In this document: piece after piece, positions 1 through 5,225 of the stretch | Numbering within the stretch: the stretch's first letter is position 1 | How the letters are laid out: each line of letters starts with the position of its first letter | Source of the DNA: a virus | Length of the DNA stretch: 6,250 nt | Reading direction: 5' to 3' (one strand) | IMG/VR virus record: IMGVR_UViG_3300045988_001136 | Location: 1-6,250 of that record | The notes under the pieces: generated by a model | The model's input: only the letters and a program-made list of their open reading frames with translations | The model's database searches: none | Told to the model about the DNA's origin: nothing | Translations under genes and position numbers: made by a program

Positions 1-77
1 ACGTCTCCTGTTCCTTTCTTTGCTACAGATGTTTCTTCATCTAATACACTACCTGTTGGTTCTACTCTCCGTGTTGA
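1..77. repeat. Terminal redundancy copy 1 (identical to 6174..6250); marks circular genome closure
   Basis: Base-by-base comparison shows 77/77 identity with the window end. Confidence 0.97.
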
Positions 78-897
78 TTTGACGTCTTTACAATCTAAAT
101 TTACAGTTCTTGCCCTTCGTCAAGCTGAAGCCCTTCAGCGTTGGAAAGAAATCAGTCAGTCTGGTGATAGTGACTACCGCGAACAGATTCGTAAACATTT
201 TGGTGTGAATTTGCCTCAATCTCTTTCCAATATGTGTACTTATATTGGTGGTATTTCCCGTAACCTTGATATCAGTGAGGTTGTAAATAATAACCTTGCT
301 ACTGAAGATACTACTGCTGTTATTGCTGGTAAAGGTGTCGGTGCCGGTAATGGTTCTTTCACTTATACTACCAATGAGCACTGTGTTGTTATGTGTATTT
401 ATCATGCTGTTCCTCTGCTTGATTATACAATTACCGGTCAGGATGGTCAGCTTTTGGTAACTGATGCTGAGTCTCTCCCGATTCCTGAGTTTGATAATAT
501 CGGTATGGAAGTTCTTCCTATGACGCAAATTTTCAATTCTCCTAAAGCCTCTATTGTCAATTTGTTTAATGCAGGTTATAATCCCCGTTATTTTAATTGG
601 AAAACGAAGCTCGATGTTGTTAACGGAGCTTTTACTACTACTCTTAAGTCTTGGGTTTCTCCGGTTACCGCATCTCTTCTTTCCGGATGGTTCGGCTTTG
701 GTTATAATGAAGGCGATGTTAATAAGAATAATAAGGTTGTTTTGAATTATAAGTTCTTTAAGGTTAATCCTTCTGTACTTGACCCTATTTTTGGAGTTAG
801 TGCGGATTCTACTTGGGATACTGACCAGCTTTTGGTTAATTCCTATATCGGTTGCTATGTTGCTCGTAATTTATCTCGTGATGGTGTACCTTACTAA
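1..897 (+). CDS. VP1: Major capsid protein (VP1 / F-like), C-terminal 298 codons. The 5' end is cut by the window start and is continuous with 5226..6173 across the circular junction.
   Basis: Frame 1 is open from base 1 with no stop before TAA at 895..897. The TTG start at 79 in the ORF track is only the first start-like codon. Position 1 equals 6174, which is in frame with the ATG at 5226 (948 nt, 316 codons, upstream). T-ending codon bias is strong. The sequence (..LALRQAEALQRWKEISQSG.., ..YNPRYFNWK..) looks like the large capsid proteins of Bacteroidota-associated microviruses as I remember them. Confidence 0.93.
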   Translation, partial: TSPVPFFATDVSSSNTLPVGSTLRVDLTSLQSKFTVLALRQAEALQRWKEISQSGDSDYREQIRKHFGVNLPQSLSNMCTYIGGISRNLDISEVVNNNLATEDTTAVIAGKGVGAGNGSFTYTTNEHCVVMCIYHAVPLLDYTITGQDGQLLVTDAESLPIPEFDNIGMEVLPMTQIFNSPKASIVNLFNAGYNPRYFNWKTKLDVVNGAFTTTLKSWVSPVTASLLSGWFGFGYNEGDVNKNNKVVLNYKFFKVNPSVLDPIFGVSADSTWDTDQLLVNSYIGCYVARNLSRDGVPY

Positions 898-911
898 TTT
901 TGTTTTTGATT

Positions 912-1394
912 ATGATAGGAAAGTTTAATTCTTTGGACTGTCTGGAACAGGGTTCTGGACTTACCCCTAATGTTGAGCCTGATGCTTTTGCTGTTGCTCC
1001 TCAATTTGATTCTACGGAGGAACTTCGTGTAGAGATTGATGATACTGACGAAACTCGTCCGGTTCGTTATACCTCTGACGTTCGTTTAATTCTTCATAAT
1101 AAGGATTTAGCCTCTCGTGCTGGGCTTTCTGTTGCTTCCAAATTTGGTCAAAGTAAACAGACTGTATCTCAGATTCAACAGCTTATGGATTTAATGTCTG
1201 ATTCTGACCTTTTGGCAACGGTTCGTTCTCGATATGTTCAGTCTCCTTCTGAAATTATTGCCTGGTCAAAAGAACTTATTGCTCGTGCTGAAGCTCTTAA
1301 TCATGAGGCTCAGATTTTGGTTGATGCTGAAACTGCTAAACAAGAGGCAGAACAAGCGGCTGCTGCTCCCGCTGATGCTGCTTCCTCTGAATAA
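912..1394 (+). CDS. Small acidic protein (160 aa) between the capsid and pilot genes; putative internal scaffolding protein (VP3-like). The function is inferred from position only.
   Basis: ATG at 912 lies in frame with the TTG at 900 listed in the track. T3 codon bias matches the other genes. The TAA stop (1392..1394) overlaps the VP2 ATG by 1 nt (TAATG), which suggests translational coupling. The protein is acidic with an Ala/Gln/Glu-rich C-terminal tail. I recognise no diagnostic motif, so coding confidence is high but functional confidence is about 0.4. Confidence 0.75.
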   Translation: MIGKFNSLDCLEQGSGLTPNVEPDAFAVAPQFDSTEELRVEIDDTDETRPVRYTSDVRLILHNKDLASRAGLSVASKFGQSKQTVSQIQQLMDLMSDSDLLATVRSRYVQSPSEIIAWSKELIARAEALNHEAQILVDAETAKQEAEQAAAAPADAASSE

Positions 1395-2461
1395 TGGGTC
1401 TTCTTGGTTCAATCGCTGGTGGTCTCCTTGGTATTGGTTCTTCTGCTATTCAGAATTCACAGAATAGACAGAATGTCCGGGAGACCAACCAGATGAACTA
1501 TAGGATAAATCAGATGAACAATCAGTTTAATGAGCGTATGGCTATGCAGCAGCGCGATTTCCAGGAAAATATGTGGAATAAGGAGAATGAGTATAATACT
1601 GCCTCCGCGCAACGTCAACGCCTTGAAGAAGCTGGTTTAAATCCTTATCTGATGATGAACGGTGGTTCTGCTGGTACTGCTCAGTCTGTTGGTGCTGGTG
1701 CTTCTGCCTCTTCTGCCGGTTCTGCTGTTATGCAGCCTTTTCAGGCTGATTATTCAGGCATTAGTTCTTCTATTGGTAATATCTTTCAGTATGAGCTTAT
1801 GCAATCTCAAAAGTCTCAATTGCAAGGTGCTACGCAACTTGCTGATGCCAAGGCTATGGAGACTCTTTCTAATATTGATTGGGGTAAGCTTACCGATGAA
1901 ACTCGTGATTATTTGAAGTCCACCGGATTGGCTCGTGCTCGGCTTGGTTATGCCAAGGAACAGCAGGAAGTTAGCAACATGGCTATGACAGGTCTTGTTC
2001 TGCGCGCCCAGCATTCTGGTATGCTTCTTGATAATGAAGCTAAAACTGTTATGAATAAGTATCTTGACCAGCAACAGCAGCTTGACTTGAATGTCAAGGC
2101 TGCGGATTATTACCAGCGTATGGCTTCTGGTCATCTTTCTTATGCTGAAGCTAAAAAGGCTATAGCTGAGGAAGCTTTGGCTGCTGCTCGTGCGCGTGGT
2201 CAGAATATTGCTAATAAGGTTGCGGATCGTATTGCCGAGTCTCAAATTGCTGCCAATATTGCAGCTAATGAGTCTACTGCTGCTTTTCATAAAGAGGAAC
2301 TCAGATTAGGTCTTCCTCAAGATAATGCGCGTAGTAAAAATATTGAGGAATGGTACCGTTCTCGTAATGAAGGTAAGAGATATAAGTATTATGATACTGA
2401 TAAGGCAGTTCATTATGGTACTGCTATTGGTAATACTGTAGGAAACTTTATGCCCTGGTAG
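1394..2461 (+). CDS. VP2: Minor capsid / DNA pilot protein (VP2, H-like), 355 aa
   Basis: The N-terminus is Gly-rich and hydrophobic (MGLLGSIAGGLLGIGSS). The block AQRQRLEEAGLNPYLMM is characteristic of microvirus VP2 proteins. A Gly/Ala/Ser low-complexity linker follows, then a long Ala/Gln/Glu-rich helical region compatible with a coiled-coil pilot tube. The gene ends at TAG 2459..2461. Confidence 0.9.
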   Translation: MGLLGSIAGGLLGIGSSAIQNSQNRQNVRETNQMNYRINQMNNQFNERMAMQQRDFQENMWNKENEYNTASAQRQRLEEAGLNPYLMMNGGSAGTAQSVGAGASASSAGSAVMQPFQADYSGISSSIGNIFQYELMQSQKSQLQGATQLADAKAMETLSNIDWGKLTDETRDYLKSTGLARARLGYAKEQQEVSNMAMTGLVLRAQHSGMLLDNEAKTVMNKYLDQQQQLDLNVKAADYYQRMASGHLSYAEAKKAIAEEALAAARARGQNIANKVADRIAESQIAANIAANESTAAFHKEELRLGLPQDNARSKNIEEWYRSRNEGKRYKYYDTDKAVHYGTAIGNTVGNFMPW

Positions 2462-2486
2462 TATTTTTTTTGTTTATTGTGTGTTT

Positions 2487-2520
2487 ACCCGGCTCGTAGT
2501 GATACGCGTCGGGTTTTGTT
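2487..2520 (+). terminator. Rho-independent-terminator-like hairpin downstream of VP2
   Basis: ACCCGGCTCGT (2487..2497) pairs with ACGCGTCGGGT (2504..2514): an 11-bp stem with one G-T wobble and one mismatch, and a 6-nt loop AGTGAT. It is followed directly by TTTGTTG, and T2514 extends this into a TTTT run. It sits 26 nt after the last stop codon of the gene string. Confidence 0.6.
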
Positions 2521-2539
2521 GCTTGTAGTAACTTTTGGC

Positions 2540-2558
2540 AACCGCGCGAAGCGTGGTT
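2540..2558 (+). other. Hairpin with an exact d(GCGAAGC) mini-hairpin core
   Basis: In AACCGCGC-GAA-GCGTGGTT, 2540..2547 pairs with 2551..2558 (8 bp including one G-T), with a GAA triloop at 2548..2550. The core GCGAAGC is 2546..2552. Confidence 0.7.
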
Positions 2559-2741
2559 ATACACCCCCTGAATTCCGGGAGACTCTGTCGACTGAAATCA
2601 GAGCCGTTAGGCTATAGTACTGCCTTCCTTGAAGCTTGATGCTTGCAACGCGTAAGCAATTTCCCGGAGAGCTTCTCTCTGCCGTCGCTGCTATACCTCT
2701 AAAATATTATTTGACGAAGTCTACATGAGTTTGCCCGAAGG

Positions 2742-2766
2742 GAAAGCTATTTACCTCATAGCTTTC
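2742..2766 (+). other. Perfect 9-bp stem / 7-nt loop hairpin (GAAAGCTAT-TTACCTC-ATAGCTTTC)
   Basis: 2742..2750 is the exact reverse complement of 2758..2766, and the loop TTACCTC is 2751..2757. It lies in non-coding DNA. Confidence 0.75.
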
Positions 2767-2847
2767 AGTCTCCCCCTTGTCTTATATACGCAAACTCACA
2801 GACCAGCCCGTCACCCATATAGCTTATTGTTTATTTATGTTAATAAT

Positions 2848-2859
2848 ATATGCGCATAT
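2848..2859. repeat. 12-bp perfect palindrome ATATGCGCATAT abutting or overlapping the -33 promoter element
   Basis: The sequence ATATGCGCATAT equals its own reverse complement. Its last base is the first T of the TTTG -33 box (2859..2862). Confidence 0.8.
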
Positions 2860-2891
2860 TTGTCTTTTTCAAATTTTCATTTATATCTTTG
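2859..2891 (+). promoter_or_regulatory. Bacteroidota-type (sigma-ABfr-like) promoter: -33 TTTG and -7 TAnnTTTG
   Basis: TTTG at 2859..2862 is separated by a 21-nt spacer from TATCTTTG at 2884..2891, which matches the published Bacteroides consensus TTTG / TAnnTTTG. It lies about 43 nt upstream of the first ATG (2934) of a seven-gene, same-strand string that runs round the circle to the terminator at 2487. Confidence 0.55.
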
Positions 2892-2933
2892 CATTGTTTT
2901 TAAAATCAATGTATAATTAAAATTTCAAGTGTT

Positions 2934-3107
2934 ATGGAAAAGTATTATTTGTGTTCTGTTCAATCAAAGGTTAATCCTAATCAGAATGAAACCATTCTTG
3001 TTCCGGTTGATGAAGTCTCTGAATTTGTTTCTACTAATCTTCGTCCGGACTGCGTGCTTATTATTTCTCATTGTTCAACTTTTAAAGCTATCCCTAATGA
3101 AAAGTGA
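2934..3107 (+). CDS. Hypothetical protein, 57 aa (MEKYYLCSVQSKVNPNQNETILVPVDEVSEFVSTNLRPDCVLIISHCSTFKAIPNEK); first gene after the promoter
   Basis: ATG at 2934, TGA at 3105..3107. It is absent from the ORF track, probably because it falls below the length cut-off. Its third codon positions are overwhelmingly T, like the confirmed genes, whereas the overlapping track ORF 2929..3186 is read in the +1 frame across this stretch. I recognise no motif. Confidence 0.6.
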   Translation: MEKYYLCSVQSKVNPNQNETILVPVDEVSEFVSTNLRPDCVLIISHCSTFKAIPNEK

Positions 3108-3186
3108 AACTAAATCTAAAATCTGGTCTGCTATTATTGCAGCTGCTGTCAGTCTTCTTACGTCTATTGCCCAAATTTTTTCGTAA
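3097..3186 (+). CDS. 29-aa single-pass membrane peptide (MKSETKSKIWSAIIAAAVSLLTSIAQIFS); candidate holin-like or lysis-accessory peptide
   Basis: ATG at 3097 overlaps the upstream ORF by 11 nt, and TAA is at 3184..3186, 3 nt before the peptidase ATG. The N-terminus is charged (KSETKSK), followed by an uninterrupted stretch of about 20 hydrophobic residues. T3 codon bias is retained. This is the only part of track ORF 2929..3186 that looks genuinely coding. Confidence 0.55.
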   Translation: MKSETKSKIWSAIIAAAVSLLTSIAQIFS

Positions 3187-3189
3187 ATC

Positions 3190-3498
3190 ATGAACCCTGA
3201 ATTAATGAAATTTGTTGAGTGGCTTCTCTGCCGGAATATTCATTTTACTGTCACTTCAGCTCTTCGTACCAAGAAGCAGAATGAGGCATGTAATGGTTCT
3301 GATGATTCTCAACATTTGTCTGGAGATGCTATTGATTTAAAACCTTTGGAACTTTCAGTTGACTCTTTAGTCTCTGTAATTAAAGGTTCTCCTTTCAAGT
3401 TTGACCAACTTATAAAGTATCGGACTTTTGTTCATGTTTCCTTTGCTCGTGTTCGCAAGCCTCGTCAAATGGAACTTAATTTTACTGATAGAAAATGA
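3190..3498 (+). CDS. Peptidase M15-family (VanY / D-Ala-D-Ala carboxypeptidase-like) zinc peptidoglycan hydrolase, 102 aa; putative endolysin
   Basis: The motif string TSALRTKKQN..SQHLSGDAID..FVHVS fits the M15 signature (S-x-x-R, then S-x-H-x-x-G-x-A-x-D, i.e. H-x6-D, then a distal His). The predicted Zn ligands are H42 (3313..3315), D49 (3334..3336) and H82 (3433..3435). There is no obvious signal peptide. The TGA stop overlaps the VP4 ATG (ATGA at 3495..3498). Confidence 0.85.
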   Translation: MNPELMKFVEWLLCRNIHFTVTSALRTKKQNEACNGSDDSQHLSGDAIDLKPLELSVDSLVSVIKGSPFKFDQLIKYRTFVHVSFARVRKPRQMELNFTDRK

Positions 3499-5198
3499 TT
3501 ACCAAGGAATTGCAGAATAAATTAGTGACTCGTTGTCAGCATCCTCGTACGGTTGTTAACAAGTATACGCATGAGTCTGTTCTTGTGTCTTGTGGTTCTT
3601 GTCCTTCTTGTCTTCTTCGTCGTTCCGGAATTCAGACAAATTTGCTTACTACTTATTCTGCTCAATTCCGTTATGTTTATTTTGTTACTCTTACTTATGC
3701 TCCTCGTTTCCTTCCTACTTTGGAGGTTTCGATTATTGAAACTTGCACGGACGATATTGCGGACGTGCCCTGTGTTCCCGATATTAATGACTTGGACGCT
3801 GGTGACCCTAATACTTATTTGTTTGGTTTTCGTAGCGTTCCTCGTTCCGCTTCTGTTAAGTTGAAAAATTCTACCGTCGAACGCACTTTTAAGGACCCTG
3901 AAGTTCGGTTTACTTATGCTATGAAACCCAAGGAGCTTATTTCTATTTTTGGAAAGATTAAGCATAATGTTCCCAATAGGATTCCTTATATTTGTAATCG
4001 TGATCTTGATTTGTTTTTGAAACGTTTAAGAAGTTATTACCCAGATGAAAAATTACGTTACTACGCTGTATCAGAATTCTGCCCTACCAGTTTCCGCCCG
4101 CATTGGCATTTGTTATTGTTTTCCAATTCCGAGCGATTCTCGCAAACTGTTTGTGAAAATGTATCTAAAGCTTGGTCTTACGGACGTTATGATGCGTCAT
4201 TGTCGAGAGGATTCGCAGCTCCGTATGTTGCGTCGTATGTTAATAGTTTTGTCGCTTTACCCGACTTTTATACTCAAATGCCAAAAGTGGTGCGACCTAA
4301 ATCCTTCCATTCCATTGGATTTACAGAATCAAATCTCTTTCCTCGAAAGGTACGAATTGCCGAAATTGATGAAGTTGCCGATAAGTGCCTTAATGGAGTC
4401 CGCGTTGAGCGCAATGGATATTTTCATACAATTAAACCTACTTGGCCGTATCTCCTTCGATTATTCCCCCGATTTTCGGACCCTATTCGTAAACTTCCAT
4501 CGAGTATTTACCAATTATTATATTCTGCGTTCACTGCGCCCCAACGAGTCGTTCACAGCGGATGTGCAGATTTAACTTGTGACCCTTTTAACGAGAATAC
4601 TCCATTTAAACAAAGTATTTTGTCTTTTTGTAAACAGTATTTAAATTATGTAGATAATTATGGAAAAAGAAATGACGAGCAAAATATTCTTGCACCTCAA
4701 GAACGTTTACCGCATAGTGATATTCTCATTCTTTCTGAATGTCGTTTGTACGATGGTGTTGATTTGGAAGTTACTCATCGTCTCTCCCGCGTATACCGCT
4801 TTTTCCTCGGAATTGCGAAATTTATTCGAACATATTCAACAGACGGATGTTCAGAATTTTTCTGGTCCAGCGGCACTTCTGGAGGAGAGCTCTTTGGACG
4901 AGAAAGGTTCCTGCGCATTATCTCCGAGAAAATAGTTAATTTTTGGAATCGTTATGATTACAACCGTCTTGTAGATTTCTATCAAACTTTGGAAGATTCC
5001 AATGATAAGGATTTGGTAGACTTTGAGCTTCGTAATTATACCTTCCGTTATAATAGATCTGTTTGCGATAAGGTAAAACCTTACCATGAATTACCTCTTG
5101 TTCGTCGTTTGGCTGCCGCTTCATTGATGAAATGTCGGGATAAGGTCAAACACAAGAAGGTTAATGATTCGTTTGGTATTTTCTCTTATCATGACTGA
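3495..5198 (+). CDS. VP4: Rolling-circle replication initiation protein (VP4 / A-like HUH endonuclease), 567 aa
   Basis: There is an N-terminal Cys cluster (C14, then CGSCPSC at aa 32..38). RCR motif I is FVTLTY (3681..3698). Motif II (HUH) is RPHWHLLLF, with HWH at 4101..4109. Motif III is YVASYVNS (4224..4247), with two Tyr spaced Y-x-x-x-Y, very close to the phiX174 A protein YVAKYVNK as I recall it. Confidence 0.93.
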   Translation: MITKELQNKLVTRCQHPRTVVNKYTHESVLVSCGSCPSCLLRRSGIQTNLLTTYSAQFRYVYFVTLTYAPRFLPTLEVSIIETCTDDIADVPCVPDINDLDAGDPNTYLFGFRSVPRSASVKLKNSTVERTFKDPEVRFTYAMKPKELISIFGKIKHNVPNRIPYICNRDLDLFLKRLRSYYPDEKLRYYAVSEFCPTSFRPHWHLLLFSNSERFSQTVCENVSKAWSYGRYDASLSRGFAAPYVASYVNSFVALPDFYTQMPKVVRPKSFHSIGFTESNLFPRKVRIAEIDEVADKCLNGVRVERNGYFHTIKPTWPYLLRLFPRFSDPIRKLPSSIYQLLYSAFTAPQRVVHSGCADLTCDPFNENTPFKQSILSFCKQYLNYVDNYGKRNDEQNILAPQERLPHSDILILSECRLYDGVDLEVTHRLSRVYRFFLGIAKFIRTYSTDGCSEFFWSSGTSGGELFGRERFLRIISEKIVNFWNRYDYNRLVDFYQTLEDSNDKDLVDFELRNYTFRYNRSVCDKVKPYHELPLVRRLAAASLMKCRDKVKHKKVNDSFGIFSYHD

Positions 5199-5225
5199 TA
5201 ATGTTTAATTTTAAAATGTTTTTTT

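Larger units (their letters stand above)
2521..2858. other. Non-coding, hairpin-rich, G+C-elevated intergenic module between terminator and promoter. Candidate ssDNA complementary-strand origin, Rep origin or attachment region.
   Basis: No ORF here shows the genome's T3 codon bias. My hand count of 2521..2700 gives about 52% G+C, against clearly AT-richer DNA from 2701 to 2930. Multiple local and long-range complementarities are present; see the hairpin features and findings. Confidence 0.6.

Noticed and set aside
895-902. TAATTTTG matching the Bacteroides -7 box TAnnTTTG at the VP1 stop, as a possible internal promoter for the scaffold and VP2 genes
   Set aside because: There is no TTTG -33 element at the expected 19 to 21 nt upstream. 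The motif is easily produced by chance in T-rich sequence, and the start would be almost leaderless relative to ATG 912.
2459-2632. The frame stays open for 51 codons after the VP2 amber stop (TAG 2459..2461), reaching a second TAG at 2615..2617 and then a TGA at 2630..2632. It was considered as TAG recoding or read-through giving a basic, Arg-rich extension.
   Set aside because: No other gene needs an in-frame TAG to be read, since all are full length under the standard code. The extension runs through the terminator hairpin and loses the T3 bias after about 25 codons. Suppressor-tRNA or recoding signals are absent from this genome.
2521-2720. Search for a tRNA, a hammerhead-type ribozyme core (CUGAUGA..GAAA) or a familiar riboswitch core in the G+C-rich non-coding block
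   Set aside because: On neither strand could I build a cloverleaf with a T-loop (GTTCRANNC) or D-arm consensus. CTGAAAT at 2592..2598 does not complete a hammerhead core, and I recognised no riboswitch signature. A covariance-model scan is still needed, because by-eye rejection is weak.
2835-2850. Resemblance of ATGTTAATAAT to the AT-rich part of the phiX174 origin (ATATTAATAAC, as I recall it)
   Set aside because: It is a 9/11 match in very AT-rich sequence, without the flanking CAACTTG nick context. The same bases are better matched by the dif XerD arm, so I kept this only as an alternative under the dif-like finding.
2725-2916. Track ORF of 63 aa in the intergenic region (MSLPEGKAIYL...)
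   Set aside because: It runs straight through the hairpin at 2742..2766, the palindrome and both promoter boxes. It uses codons (CCC, GGG, CTC, AGA, CAC) atypical of the confirmed genes, and its C-terminal half is AT-rich low-complexity sequence. It is most likely a chance ORF, though comparative data could revive it.
2929-3186. Track ORF of 85 aa starting at GTG 2929
   Set aside because: It is a composite. Its first 56 or so codons are the +1 frame of the T3-biased ORF 2934..3107 and translate to Leu/Phe/Ile-rich low-complexity sequence. Only the part from ATG 3097 onward looks genuinely coding, so I split it into 2934..3107 and 3097..3186.
88-5124. Minus-strand ORFs 88..528, 1754..2290, 3522..3965, 4851..5087 and 4936..5124
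   Set aside because: All are antisense to well-supported genes and give Asn/Ile/Lys/Arg/Ser/Thr-rich low-complexity products. That is expected from reading T-ending codons backwards. Microviruses express a single strand, and no promoter-like element was seen for them.
5199-5225. AT-only palindrome ATTTTAAAAT (5208..5217) and the direct repeat AATGTTT (5200..5206 and 5215..5221) between VP4 and VP1
   Set aside because: This is a short, pure A/T, low-complexity spacer. It is more simply explained as an unstructured AT-rich translation-initiation region for the highly expressed capsid gene than as a regulatory hairpin.
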